In this document: in pieces, positions 1 to 29,428 of the stretch
Position numbering within the stretch: position 1 is the stretch's first letter
How the letters are laid out: every line of letters begins with the position of its first letter
Source: Yuukianura sp. NJ FZ-2021
Taxonomy: Eukaryota
Assembly: GCA_046563655.1 (NCBI GenBank)
Contig: CM102287.1
Span: 8,246,001-8,310,000, forward strand
DNA: 64,000 nt
Reading direction: 5' to 3'
The notes under the pieces: generated by a model
Told to the model about the DNA's origin: nothing
Seen by the model: the letters and a program-made list of their open reading frames with translations, nothing else
Databases searched by the model: none
Translations under genes and position numbers: made by a program

Positions 1-3000
1 TATCTAATCTCCCCTTTTCAAGTTTCAAGTGACTTGAAAACACAATGGCCTCAGTAACATTGGTCCTGGGAGGCAGCATCTCTTGACTCACACACGAGAA
101 ATGTCGATGGAGCCACATTGCCCAAAATCCCTTCTACGTGCCTCCAGAAATCCCTCTGTTTCTGCTCAGTTTCACGTTAGGCTAGGCAACCTAACTTTCA
201 GAATTTGAGAAGACGAAAGTACAAGATGAAGTTGGAAGATGCGAGAATTGTTAATCCAACATAATGAAGGGAAAAGCAGAGACAAAGACGATGGAAGAAG
301 CTCAGCCACACACGAAATGTCACTCAAACTAATTCCCTGGAGCGACTCTGGAGGCAGGAATGGAAGGACTTGGAAAAATTGGGACTTAATCCTACCTTAT
401 GACATTTCCGTAGGCAGCAGAGCCTAGCAGCACTGCGGCTTCCAATTTCCTAAAAGTTTCCAAAAACCTAACTTGAAGAGCAGCAGAAAGTTGGAAGATA
501 CAAGGCAGAAGATCCTCATGATTAGGAAAAAGGATCCTAAAAATGAAAAGACTTAACTTAAGTGGAAACTTCTGCACAAACTTTTCTCTTACGCTTCAAA
601 AACTTCCAGCGACGCTTCCAGTCTCTCATATCATCTCAACTTCTTCTCGTTTCAAAAAGTCTACAAAATGAAAAAAAGTTCTACTTTGCCAAAAACCGGC
701 TCAGAACATGTCGTAGTTGCAGTTTTCCAAATTTTCAAAATGTTCAATTTTCAATTGTAAAAAATCGAAGTCCTTCACCAGTTTGACATAACTATTGAGT
801 TTCCATGAACGAAGAAACCATATTCAATTTTTTTTTGAATTGGCGTTCAAATTTTTTGTTGTTCCCGAAGTCCATGTCCTCATTCGTAACAAGATTCATG
901 GAACTTCATAACTTTTGAACGAACGCGTGTTTTTAGAATGTTGGAGCCAAAAAACCATCACCATCCTGAAGAAAATGGAGCAAGACGAAAGGAGTTTGTG
1001 CTAACCAAACTTTTTTTTTAAAGAATCCCGCAAAACTCAATTTCAGGGAAAAGCCTCCAGGAAAACTCCGTTTCTCTATGAAATCCAGCCGTGACTTTTC
1101 CCTCTACGCCCAAATTGGAATTTTTCCATCTTATCAGCATGCTACCAGCATTGTGTTTCCCCACTGGTGAAAGTCGGAAATGAGATTCCTAAGTCCTGGA
1201 ACTTTTACCTTGGTGGAGATGATGAGAAAGCGGAGGGAGAGGGAAGTGCTGTGCATTTAATCCCAGTGAAAGTGAACATTTCCGTGCTCTGTGCTCGTTC
1301 TCCATGTAAATTGGAATATTTTATAAATTAAATTATGCACAGGACGTCAGAGAAGGCTAGGAAAAACATGGTTTTGCCAAAAACTCATCCAAAGTCTACA
1401 CAGGAAAGGACTTTGGGAAGCCGTGTCGTGGAGCAGCCGTCGTCACTTCCACCAACCAAAATGAAATTACATTATGAATGTGTAAGAGACAAAGTTTGGG
1501 AAACTTCGGCTAGAAGTGTCGTAGAAAAACGAAACTGGAGATTATGAAATTTCGTGAAAATCAAAATGTAATGTTGTCAAAATTTTCCTTTTCACATTCT
1601 AATTTTACTTGAGGAATTTTGAACCAAAAGCCATTGTATGTAATCTAAGAAGGAACAGAAATCTTTAAAAATTAGATTCTATCCATAGCATGGCAAACGA
1701 AATTTTCTGAGCGGAATTTGCACTTGAACGTTTCAAGTTTTGCTTTTTCGGGGAAAACTTTAAGCGAAAGTCCTTTAGAAAATTCCATAAAAATTGTTTT
1801 ACATAGTTAGCAAATATTAAGTTTATTTAAATTCATTTTTTAAATTCTTATATTAAAATTGGGAGTTCTATAACTGTTTTTATCGTAGAACATTTTGAAA
1901 CCTAGGTAAGCTTGATGCCAATGCTAACTTTTGCCCTTATTTTTAGCAGTTGGAAAATCTTGACAAGATAGTTTCTTCATGACTGCTACGACAGTCACTC
2001 AAAATTTTGGAAAAGGAGGCGCTGGTAGTGAAAGTCTGATGGTGAAAGTTTTGATACGCCGAATGAATTCAACAAAGTGTGTTGGGTCTGGAACCATCCT
2101 TCCATTACTTCCAGAAGCGAATCCAGCATTTCCGTCTCTCCACTAAGCCTTCAAAGCCCTAAGCCAAGTGAAAGCCTTTTCCCCTAAAAACCTAACCTAA
2201 AAGATGAATTTTCCAAAGCCAAGAAGAAGCCTACGTAAGTTGGGAATGATATTAGGCAGAAGCCAGAGTCTCTTGGATGTCTCTGGAGAGATGAACTCCG
2301 GAGGTTGGAAGGAAGCTGAATACGAAATGAATCCCTGATGAAAGAGATAGGACTTCAAAATACATCTTCCCCAATGAATCTTTCACTCTCCGCTTCATCT
2401 TCAAGAAACACAAGAATTCAAATTTAAAATTAGAATTCAACGCTCTCAAACTAAAGTTCGTGTCATGCTTCAGCCTCACTCACAAAATTAACAAGAGTCG
2501 GGTGCCACTTTCACCGAAAAATCTAGCTGGTCCGTGTTCTTCATCTTCCATCTCATTGGTTAATATGAAATTTAAAAATTACATTGAAAGTTAATTAACC
2601 AAAGTTAACTTAACAATTAGCTATTACTGCACTGTACAATTACTAGGCAAGAAAATTAAATTGAAGTTATCTGCTATTTTCTCATATCTGCTACAATTGT
2701 CTGAAAGTTTCGTTCATTCGATTTAGTTCTTCTTTAGGTTTGAAGTCCAAGGCGCTTTTGCTTTTTCAGTTTGAATTTCCCAAAATCAATTCGAAAAAAT
2801 AACTACGGTACTTATTCTTGAAAATTCGATTTGCAAAATACGAAACAAAAAATGAGGTGAAAAAATTTATAGCAATGAAGTTAGAAGTTGCAGTCGTTGA
2901 GTTTGAAATTTTAAAACCAGATCCATCATGTAGTTCCCAGAAAATGAAAAAAAAATATGAAAGCAGCTCATCCGCCCAAGTCTAGAGAAAATTGAAGTTT

Positions 3001-6000
3001 AGTTTAGTTTTTTCGCAGAGCAGAGCAGAAAGCCTAAAAAGTAAACTTTGAGCACTGCCACCAAGAACTCGTCTCCAGAATTTCGTCGATATCATCATGT
3101 CTCTCGGTAATGAAAAAACTTTCTAGCAGAGAGCAGCTTCCCATCGCTTCAGTGAAGGAAGCAGCGATCCGTAAAAAACTACAAAATGAAACTGACGACA
3201 AGTTTCAATCTTCGGCAAAGCTTCTAAGCTCTTGGATGTCACCGACGCGTCGTAGTAACTCCAGCCAAATTCAATTGAAAGGAAAAGGGGACAGAGGAAA
3301 AGCAGATGCCGTAAATTACATTTTTGCTTTCAACGCTTTTACTTTTTTGTACATTTTAGAATTTTTAGTAAAACTTACGGAAAAATCTAGCTCTTCTATT
3401 TCGGTTGCAGATGTCAGGAATTTGAAAAATGTTGTAATAAATTCTGCAGTTTTTGGCTATTACTTCCAAAATTTCAAAAACGAGTCCAAACAGAAAATTG
3501 TAACGAAGTGTTACACGCCTTTCCCGCCGTCGAAAGTTTTGCGAAGACTTTCTGTTGTAAAATATTTAGTTTTCAGTTTATGTTTAATCCATTTTTTGTC
3601 ACGTATTTTGAATTCTAACAAGACTTTCACTTTTCATACTTTTCTTGAGTTACTTCAACCCTACTGACCCTTGGCACAGCCTCGGCAGCCTCATTTAAAT
3701 AAAATTTTGACCTCATGGTTACAGAGTCTGTATGATAACCAAAGTGGTAGCTGTAACCAAAGGGTTACGGTAACCTAAGGGCCTACGATTGCAACATCTC
3801 TGAAAGTTATTGGTTCACAGTCAGCCATTCATTTTACAATGCCCAATTCACTCTGCACTACAAACAAGTGACACTTCGTTGCGTCAACAATGCGTCGTCT
3901 TTCCAGTGCTGTCCAGTGTTATGGATGCCATAAATGCTTCCGTGATGCACAGGAGCCCTGCAGGGCCATTTAAGGGCTCTTCCTCATTCTTCCTTGCACA
4001 TGAACCATAGTGAACAATTCTTCTTTGGCTGTCACTCACACACATTGAGTGAGTGTCCTTATTTTGAAAAGAGGGACATAAACGGCCGTAAAAATAACTC
4101 CATTTTTTTGGTTTCAAAATTGTAAGTCACTCTATTGTAAAATGAACAAGGAAGCTTCAGAATCTCACGTCCTAAGGCTGCAATTTATGTTAGGGAAAAG
4201 ATTGTGTGTATCTGTCAATGTAGCAAAAGAAAAAGAGAAGAAATTCGGACAGAAGGGAGCGGAGAGAAGCTCGAGCGGAAGCGGGTAACTTCGGGAGTCG
4301 GAATTCGCATGGATCTCTGTGTACAGAAGCGGGTAGTGTACAAACTCTTCAACAGATGCCGACAACAGAATAACGTTTGTATGCACTCAGATGTTCGGAA
4401 ATTTTTGAAAAGTTATTGCAATTTTAAAAAAGTATACGAATAGGAATCACTTTTGTAAAAAAATACAAGCGTATTGTTCGATTAATTTTTTTTCATCTTT
4501 GCATTTTTTGTGAATTTTCAACGCCATTTGCTTTATAACTGACCAAAAACTTATTTTGAAAAAAATTGAAAAGATTTATTGTGATGTCTAACTCTACTCC
4601 TAGCGAGTCTTCGTCTTTTTTTTGAAAATTTGAGATTGGTTTTTGAAATTTTACTTTTAGTAAGGACTCTGTCCATGTAAGGCCCGTTTGCATAGCTTTT
4701 TTGGCTGCTCAGATGCCAGGGGAAAGATGACGTAAGCGAGAAAGCTTTGGCCTGGCGTCTTTCTCATTCTGCAGCGCAGCCCCGCCTCAAAGCTCCGTTT
4801 CCAAGGCAAAGTTTCCCATTTTTCTTCCCTGGTTTTATGGATCTGGGCTTTCTGGGATTGGTTGGCAGTGGATCGTCGGCCATAAAAGTGTATTTTTTGG
4901 AGGTTTTGGACCCATCCCATTCTTCCAACCCTCCTTTCCCTTTACATTTCCAACTTCCAAGCCCTCAAACCCACGCCCTAGCTTCATCACAGTAAAAATA
5001 CAAAAATCCATTGTTATGTTACAGGAGAAAGAACTGAGGGCAGAAGAAACAGTTTCCAATTGTACGGAAGCACTTTCGGATAACCCTTTTATGACTTCTC
5101 TGCTCCGTCTTTTCCCTTTACTCCAAAAACCAATTTAGTATGAACATTATATTTGCACAGGAGGAAGGAGAAAGTAATCAAAGTCATTCCCATCTTCACT
5201 GCAAATGAAATTCAAACAATATGAAACTTTTTGGAAACATGAAAGATGCGGGAGATGAATGAGAGAGAAGGGAAATGAGCTACAGTGAAATAAAGTTTTA
5301 ATCAATTCGCATGAAATTGGGTTTTGGTAATTTACTAATTGGAATCTCACCAAAAATAATTTGAAAAAAAAATGAGAAAGTACCAATCAGTGAAAGCATT
5401 TCCAAATTCATAATTGATTCACATCAATCTCTATCTACATCAAATGACTAAATTTTACAAATCGTTGATTTTTTCGTGCTATGTTCTGAACTTTATTTAC
5501 GAAAAAAAATACTTTTGGAATTTCCTAAAAACCGAATTCTTATCAAACCTGAATTTACTAACATTGTTAAAACAGATTTAAAAACTTGAACACATCAGTA
5601 AAGATTTTTCGGAACACAATGTAATATGTTCAACCAACAGAATTTTCCATTTTCTTTTCTTTATATAGAATCTGAGATTAAAATTTGCGAGTTTGCATTT
5701 ATTTTTTAATTTAAATTTCGTTTTTCTAAGATGAAATCCGCATTCAAAATTTTGTAAAAATTCCCCGGTTTTAGCTCCCGAAATCGTATTTTAGTTTGTA
5801 ATTTCGGAAAGGAACAAAATATTCAATTCGTAATAAGAAAAATGGTAATTTTTGTGTCATAATTCAAGTTTTCACTCTATCAAACCTAACACTTTCTCAA
5901 ATAAAGTAAAAACTCGGAATAGAAATAATAAGAAGCATTTGCTGCCCGCATGACTCTTCGTTTTTGAAATCTAAATTCGTCACTGCTGAGCTCTGCTTAA

Positions 6001-9000
6001 ATTTTACGACTGTGGCAACTGACGTGACTCAAAGAAAAGATGTTGTTCGGAGGGGCGGGATTCCATTGGGATTCGGAATGACAATGGAAAGGAAGATAGG
6101 AATTCGGAATACAATAAAATCCGAACCCATAATGGGAGGCTCCTTGTGACCAATTCCTATTGTGGAACTCTCCCAATTCAAATCCAAGTCACGCCACATC
6201 ACTCCTTCCTTTTTCAAAATTTTCAAAATCACGTCCACAAAATTTGTCACTTCCAGGATCAGAAAACAAGGAAAAGTGACACCCGAATTTAAATTTTGAG
6301 GCACATCTTGTCTTTTACGCTCTTTTGAACTTTCTGTTTGTGGGAGACAACGTTTTGTTGATCTTGATCAAACGAGATCTTCTCAATTAAAATGCATCTG
6401 CTGTTTGGAATTTTCTGTTTTAAAAGGCTCCAACAGTCACACAGAGTGCGTGCATCTGCCTTTAGTTTGTGTTACGATAAATGTCTCCTCTGCTTGTTAA
6501 GCTGCGGAAGATCTATTTAGCTAATGCATTTTTCTCCTTTTCGTCCTACTTGGATAAAACTATTTTTTGGAATCCACCCCAACCGGTTTCTCATCAAAAT
6601 TTCAGTTTTTTCAACCCCTTCCACTCTTACAGTGTCATGATCTTATCATTTCAATCACGAAAAAGAACATGGTAGAAACTAAAAAACTGAAAACCAAAAA
6701 ATGTTTAAATGCCGCCGACAGCGTTTCGGAAAAGAAAAAACAGACAAACTTGGATCAACTTAAAATTCAAAATTTTCATCTCAAACCTTCTTTTTCAAGT
6801 TTCGTTCAAAACGCTCCAATAGATTCTGATTTCATTTGAACTTTAAAGTGTTACAAAACTTCAAAATCGTAATTTGAAGCATTTTTTCAATTTTATTTAA
6901 CTATTTAAAACTAAGTTCATTAAACTTATAGCTGAAGTAAACTTTCATTTTTGAGTGGAGCAAGGCATACGGAATGAAACGAAGCGAACGTAACGCACTT
7001 TTCGTGTCAGCTTTTTCCAGAAAATACTGCTGGGTTAGGAATAAGTTTACTTTTGGAAAAACATATTCGTGTGTTCTTCTAAACTGTCGAATGTCACGTC
7101 ACAAAGCAATTTCCTCGTGCATCCTGCCTCGCTTTTGCCTAAAAGATTGTCTCGTCAATTCAAACTTTGTTTGCTGCCCCGTGGATTTTATATTACCAAA
7201 AACCGAAACCCCTTGTCCAGATCTCATGAAAAGTTAAAAGCAGTGGCCACTAAAATGTTTCAACTTGGTAAAACTTCATTGTCAAAATTTCAAAAAAAAA
7301 ATTGTTTCGAGTCGAGATCTTATTCTTGTGCCTTCCTGAAAAGCTGGCCAACCTCCTGAGACCAATATTGTCCAACATTACGGCTTAAGGGTCATAAAGT
7401 CACTTTTTGGAAATTGGAGGCACAAAACCCGCCAAGATACGGATCATGTCTCTCCTGGAAGTTTCTTGACAGACAACTTTGGATGGATTTATCAATAGGG
7501 AAGGGGTTGAGGGTGTTAAAACTGGTTCAACCCTTTAACAACATCCCTCAAACACAGAAAACATCTCTCTGTTGAGCAAGGAAAAGTAAGATTTTCAAAA
7601 AAATAATAATAAGTTTACGTTTTTCAAAAAGACGTTTTCCAATTTTTTCTGAAAAATTTGCAACTCATTCCTAAATTCAACGCCATTCATTATTAAATGC
7701 GTTCCATTTGCGCAAAAATTATTTTCCAGACACAGATTGCAGTCTGCATTGCTTCTGTCATTCTTTTTAGAGTAATTTCAAAAAGTGAAACTAGCAGAAG
7801 GCTTTTTAAGTTTTAAAAATTTTGAAAAAAAAATGAAAAAGTTGTACTTACATTTGGACGTTGTAGAAGAAAAGTTTATGACGCCGCTGACAGCTTAAGA
7901 AGTCAATTTCTACTCGAGCCAAAATTCCAGCAGGTTTCGTAAAATGTGGTTTTGGAATTCAAATTTCAGAAGTTCAGGAGTTCCTTGACACTTCGACTGC
8001 AGCCGAGAGCCTGAAAATTAAAAAGTAAATTCCAACATTAGTTTAAAAAAGTAGTACTTCATCCTTGTAGTTCGATTTTTTCATTCTTTCAATTATGAGG
8101 TGTTAACGACTTTGAAAGCGACAGCTCTCAGACTTAAAAAATAATTTGACGGGAATTTAAAAATCAAATCTTACCAGAAGTTATGCTCTTCTTGCTGACT
8201 TGTGGAAACTTTTTAGTGCAAAAAGTGAAGGTTTTGGAGCCCAAAAAATTCCCTGTGTAAAAACAAAGATTATGATCAGTACGATGGAGATTGAGAAACA
8301 GAAGTGAGGGTTGTTAGTTGAGTGGAATCCGGATATATTGCGAAAAATAGGGGATGAAAAGCATTCGTGCCAAAATGACGCAGCAGGAGAGCTTACCAGA
8401 TTTAACAGCATCCGAGAACCCTCCACCCTTGGTGAGTATCCTGGACCATCATTTTCCAAAATGACTTTTTTTGCACACTGATTGCCAATTTCGATTTTTG
8501 GACTGAAGATGAGTCATTCCCCTAACTAAGTTGGATTAGCTGGGGCTGGAGCAGCGTCGATTTCATCCCCCTCCGACTACAAAATTTCGAAATCGAAGTT
8601 TTACTACGACCGAACCGACTTACGCTTTGACTTTGCAAACCTCCGAGAAAGTAGTCAGAACCAAAACTGTTTTTTAAATTTCGATTGAGCAAAGATTGCT
8701 CCGATAAAAAATTCGGTGGCGTGCGTCTTTTCGGTTTTTTCGACAAAGATAAGTCTATTGTTGTCAGAAGCAAACAAAAGCTACTTTTGGATCTGTCAAT
8801 AGGAAGAAGTGAAGGGGAAGAATGGGTTCTTGTGGTCCGTTTTCGTCCATGCCCACGTCAATAACGTGTGACAAGGAGTGGCAAACGGCTGTTTCAAAAC
8901 AAGGGGAAAATATAGCACCGACGGAACTAAAAACTAGAAGGGCTTAGGATGGAAAGCAGTTTACAAAAACCTAAGCTAAAGTGAAAATGAAGCTTCAAAT

Positions 9001-12000
9001 CCGCCATTTTTCTTCAACTCTCCGAACCATTTTCGGCAACTGCTCACTCCGCATCCTGTGTCGATTTTAAAGGATCAGTTCGACAGTTTGGAAACGGAGA
9101 GACATCATAGGCTCATGGCCCATCAACGTCTGCACATAAAACATTTCCAGGATTCGAGCTTCGCTTCTGCCTCGGTTGCTTCAGTTCAAGTTAACCTAGC
9201 CTAACAGCGACACTGCTCCAAATTCATATGAACATAGAGACGGTCTTTATGATTTCCGTTTTTATGTCACACAAAAAGAAGCAGGACCGTCTCTTTCCAA
9301 AGTAAAAATTCTCCAACATGAGTTGAAGAAAAACACGAAAGTTCCGGCCCTGGCACAAAACAATTAATTTTCTTGAAATGCTTTTGTATGAAAAAAGATG
9401 AAGCTTTCTGAAATGGTGGAACCTAGCCTAACCTGAAATTTTATTTTCTGAGCTAGAACGCAAGTCTCGAGAGGAAAGCATGATGCCAATGGCTTCAAAA
9501 TGGCATGGAGTAGGCGGCAGGGGATGAACGTAGGTTTAAGCCTTGGCGGTGGTGGCTATTATACCTCGAGCTGTGTAAGTCCTTGTTAAGCTAGGGATCA
9601 AACCTGACAGGATCCTTCGGCATTGGTTCAGAAACGGAACAGAAGTCCCTCCTGTTCTGCCTGTTCTTGGGAAAAACAATTTCCATGGTTTTTTGGCTCA
9701 AGATTTATTTTAATTTCACCATCTCCCTACTCGTCTGGCAACCAAATGGAATTGGCACGTAGCCACAAACTTCATTTCAATCTAGCTCAAAAATCATTTG
9801 TGTAGCAGACTCAGCAGCAGTATTTCAGCTTGTTTTGGAAACTTATAGTCGTTTTTACATTTTTAAAAAGCTCAATTTTTAATATCAAATACCTTAAATT
9901 TAAAATCCAACTATATGCTAAAATCTCCACCAGAACTCCAAATTCAATTTTTCTTTACATAATCAGTTGAATGAAATTCAGTGAATGGCGTTGAAGTAAG
10001 CAAAAATTGGACAAAATTCTTACCCCTTGGTGCTGAAGTTTACTCGGTTGATGTTTTGATGCCCTTTGCAAGGCTTGTACGAGCAAGGGGCCCTTAGTAA
10101 CTTGTAGATTTGCACAATATAACAGCTAATTGGCCTGACGAGGTGTCAGGAACCCGGTTTTTTAGACTTTCCAAAACTAATTTTTAATTCAATTCTTTTG
10201 AACCTAGCGTTACTTGATCAATAGTTGAGAATTTCTGCAATTAGAAAAGGTTGTGACTTCGGCAAGCGTCAGTGGATGACTAAAAATGGCAAAGGGCAAA
10301 TGGGCCAAAGTTAACAAGCCAAGGGAAGGGGCCCTTTGGGAAATAATTTCTTTTCAATTTAGCCCATTCTCAGAAATCGTTTTCGCAAAACTCGGCGTCC
10401 CTTCCCCTGATTTTGCAATAGTCATTGTTGCAAAAGGCTCCCTTTTATTTTTTTACGACTCCGCTTTGATTTGTGACGCTTCGGGTCAAAGGGCTCTCCA
10501 GTCCCTGGCGCCTTAGAGCGAAAATGGTTCCAAAAATGGTGAGGTCAAAAAAGAAATTCAAATTTTAAAAAGTTCAGTTGTAAACTGCCTTCAAGCAAAG
10601 GCGTAACCGAAGCTGTTTAGGAAAGCAAATTCTAATGCCGAGGCTCATTAAGCTGATAGGATCTTGATGCCACTTAAGCCGTAATGCCTCCAAGCAAGAA
10701 CTTTGGTCATTTGGCTTCATGATGAGGCTTAGAGAGAGATCGTTGGATTGGATGCGGGTGGCCTGGATGAAGTCAAGGTATGGCCAATGGGAACAACAGA
10801 AGAGGGATTTATCATTTGTAAGCATCAAGGGCTCCATCATGAATTTAAGGGCCGCCGAACAATGAAAATGAAACCGGGATCCATTTTTTGGTGCAGATGC
10901 GGAGAGGGGACTTAAAGGTTTAAAAAAAGCGAAGTCACATTCTGCAGGCATGAGTAGAGCATGGATGTAGCAACTGTAACTGCAATCTGTTAAATTTGTG
11001 ACAGTATAAAAAATAAAACCAGATTTAAATTATGGAATTTTTTCAAAACTAAAAATGTCGAAGAATTTGTTTCACTTTTTGAAAAGGGGAACCCTTAACC
11101 GTCATGGTAAAGCCCTTTATTGTAACATTTTCCTTTCTTACGACCTTTCACTGCTCTGTTAGTTTCCGAATTCGGAAGAAGATGGAGCCCTTGACGGAGA
11201 GTCGGAGAAAGCATCATGTCGATCCAATCTTCTGGAACAGTAGCGTCAACATCAACATCGCTTTCTCCTATTGTTTCACTCCAAGCTACAAATGCAACAT
11301 TAGTTCATGAAAGTAAACGCTAATCTTGAAATTTCAGACAAAAGACAAAGAATTTTTATTTTGTTTCAAAATTGTATCAAAATGAACGCCAAGGCACGTT
11401 TCGCCAAGTTGACAAAATTCCAGGGTGACTTCAATATTTCTCGGAGTTTGATGAATAGTGTGAACAGGAATTGACCTAATCAAAGCACGGTCAAATTGAA
11501 GCGTAGAAGTTGCAAAGTACTTTGCACCCTTACTGAAAAAGTGACTAATGGGAAAAACATGTATTTTCATAATTTGTTCAAAGACAAATAAATGCTGAAG
11601 AAACAAAAGAACCTTGAAATCAGCTCCCATTCTTCTTTGACTTCTCTCAGTCGTCGGCACTTCTTTGATTTAGTTTATTTTTTGCATCACCTAACCATAA
11701 CCTTACAGTAGTAGCTTTGCTCACTTTGAAATCGTAAGGCCAAAAGGTTAGGGCAATAAAGACTTGTTTTGAATTGGAAGGAGCCAACAGCATCTTATAA
11801 ACCAAATTGTTAGGTTATAGTAAAGTATGAACAGGCATATCTTCTTCATTGCTTTCAAAATAGTAGCACTACTGCTCGTACTATTGCTTCAAATTACGCA
11901 ATTTAAAACTAACCACGCAAGTAGTAGCTTTCGTCAACTTCAACATCCTGCTCTGCTTCTCTTCTTACCAAAATTATCAAGTCCAGATCAGTCCCAAAGA

Positions 12001-14313
12001 ACCTGTTTCTGGGTGTGAAAATTTGCTAAAAATTTTGACAAAAAAATGTCTCAAGTTTGAGCAAAGACGAACATTTCTGCGAGTTTTTGATCAGGTTAGA
12101 GTAGTTTTCGTTGCAAATGATTTATTTCATAGGACACGCTAAGAACTACAACATTTGTTTTCACTTTTTAGATTAACCTTCATAATTTGACATAAATTAA
12201 GCGAAACTTAGGAAGTTTTTAGACACAAAACGAAGATCATCTTTTCACCTTAACTTTTAGTTTAGCTTCAACACGCGGAATACTTTTCTTAATGCTTAAA
12301 CCAGCCGTAGCTCAGACCCTTAAAGCTTACAATCCACAACAAATTTGAAAGGTTATAACCTCAATGTTTCAAAAAACTACAATTTAATTACAGTTTAGTT
12401 ACAGTTAATTTACACCTTAGTTAACTAAAGTCTAAATTAGCACACAGAACACTGGCTTTTCATTTCCCGTGAGCTTTGTTAAGGTGAGAGTGAAAGTGAG
12501 ACTTTCTCTCTTAGCTGAACAGAAACTTTTAGAGTTGGCCAGAAGCACTAACTTTCTTCTAAGGTCAAAAATAAGTCTAAAAAACAACAACAAAATATAG
12601 GATGATGAGGAACACTGGGATTTGTTACGATGGAGCAGCCACTTTCTATAGCTGCCAATTGCATTTAAATCTAACTTGAACAACAGTCACTTAACAAACA
12701 TTAGCTTATCAAGTAACGGTTAACTTAAGTTCCAACGCTAAAAATGTTAACATTACACAATGAACTATGTTTACATTTACAAAAATCAATCACCACTGCC
12801 TTAGCACTTAACAAGTTACGTTCACTTCTAGAATCTTAGCAAGTTTAGCATTGCTTAATTAACAGCTTGATCATCACACCAAATTAATTCAGATTTTAGC
12901 CTTACAACTTTCTAGTTTTTTGATTACTCGGTCTATTTCCGTTGAGATTGTAAAATTCATTTGTTAACGGCAGAGAAAAAACAACTTTGTTCCAGAAATG
13001 TGTTAAACCATACTTGAAAGTTTGTTTTGTATCTGTTGATTTTAGAAAGCTTTGAAATTTTGGCGTTTTGGTTATGAATGTGGTTAAGTTTTATTTTTAT
13101 GAAAATCAAATAAAAACGAAAATATAGAAATTTGGTTCAGATCGTTTTAGAAAATTTTTCTGAACAAAAATGCGGAAATGGGGGGAATGGTTGCGCAATT
13201 GCCAAAGGAAGCCAAAAGGAAGGAGGAAGAAGCCAAGCCAAAGTAAACTATTGCATCCGGTTTTGGTTGAGCCATGGACAAAATTAGGTTTTGTTGCTTT
13301 TAGTTTTTTTTTAACGAAACGAAAATTCAAAAACGTCCGATTTTGAAAAGAATTTTAAAAAATAGAAAATTAACCCAGCACTGGCAGAGCATCTGTAACT
13401 TTCTATTTTCCGTTGGATATCATCGTAAACTTTCCATTTTCGGAATCTCAATTTGAATTCATAATTTTGATTCTTAACTGTGAAATTTTTACAATTAACA
13501 TTTTAATACTGATGAGATCAAAAGTGGATTCACTTCTAAGTTTTAAATTAATTTTAATTAGACTTAATTTTCCATTTTCGAAAAATTCCTAACTTAATTC
13601 TTCTAAAGAATTGCAGCGATTTTTGTCCAACCCCTCAGAATTTAACTGACTTTTTTGGTTTTTCACTTTAAAGTTGATTTTGAAAAATACAAAGTTTACT
13701 GGTCTAAAAAGACTCACGCTTCACTTCACTTTACTTTGGAGAAAGCATGTCATACTGTCACTAAAATCCTAAGTTAATACCAGTGTAAGTTTAAGTTAAA
13801 TTACATTACTAAGTTGATTGGTAAATTCTTTGGGTATTCTTAACTTTAAGTGTGGCAAGGTTCTAGCAATTTATATTTTGTTAGGTTAGATTATAACTAA
13901 AGATCATTCGATCTGAGCTTGGACTTACGTCAATGGAGCTTGGAGCGTCATCCAAAAGTCATGGATTCGATGAGATTGTTCAGAAGATTTTGTGGTTGAG
14001 GGTGATACTAATTGGGTAATTAATTAATACAAAAGAGGACTCGATTTTAAGTCTTAACCTTTCTAAAAATTTCAAAAAACTACAACACTTTTTTCAAAAA
14101 CTGTCCGTTGTTGTAGAAGTGACCAGCCAGAGGGGAGAGACTTTGTTACATCGAAGGAGAGAAAGTAGTTCGGACTTCATTTTCAGAAATAGTTAGAGAA
14201 GATTTTTCATTCTGGGAATAATTCCAGACCTATCAATTCATAAGGTTTGACATTAGGATTTTAGGACTCAACAATCCTTCTTCTTCCTTCAAAAAACAGA
14301 AAACAAAAGGAAA

Positions 14314-28695
<14,382 letters not shown>

Positions 28696-29415
28696 TAGTT
28701 TGTTTCTTTGAGGTTATGTTAGTAGCAGTCACTTGATGGGGTTAACAAATCGCTGAAAAATGAAGCAATTTTTCGGAATCGCTGCAACAATTGTTCAAAT
28801 CGCTGCAACCATTGTTGGCCTTCAGAATTATGGAAATGGTAGGTCGTAAGAGATGAGTAGTTGTGTGGTTAGGGTTGAGTCGTTACCCTCCTGCGTAGCA
28901 ATACCATAAAGGGCCCCTGGACCCTTTTATCACCTTTCACAATTTATGAACCACCCCTTGGCACTTTCGCTTTCAGTTTTTTCACTTTTTAATCCTTTTT
29001 TCACACTTTTTGAAAACGAAGTAATTGTTATTTTTTAAATTTTGACAAATTTCGGCAGTCAAAGTTTTTCGGTTAAATTAAATCATCAATTTCCAACGCA
29101 TTGTTCCAGATTCAATTGTTTCTTACTCCAAAAAGTTGCGTTTTTTTTTAAATTTTGTCAATTCAAAAATTTTGGTTTTTAAAAAACGTCCTTTCTCCAC
29201 ACAAGAAGTTGTTACTTGTGTTCCACTTTTTATGTTACCCAATCATAAATTTTTCTCCGTCTTCTCCTGTTTCTATATCCTTCCTTGTTTTACGCTGCGT
29301 TTTATGACTTCGTAATGGGCAATTAATTGAGAGTCAAGTTTTAAAACTAACTCTTCATTCGTCCCACCAAATCTCCACATAAACAAACACTTTGGAGACA
29401 CTTTGGAGATCCACT

Positions 29416-29428
29416 TGACCTTTGACCT
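29416..29428 (-). promoter_or_regulatory. Perfect nuclear-receptor DR1 element ~0.7 kb upstream of the Abd-B ATG
   Basis: TGACCT T TGACCT on plus; function inferred. Confidence 0.5.

Noticed and set aside
3110..3667. 185-aa plus-strand ORF
   Set aside because: No recognisable domain; the K/F/S/L-rich composition is what AT-rich non-coding DNA gives.
1..14313. mir-iab-4/iab-8 hairpin expected downstream of Abd-B
   Set aside because: Scanning by eye, I did not find the mature sequence ACGTATACTGAATGTATCCTGA on either strand; it probably lies outside the window.
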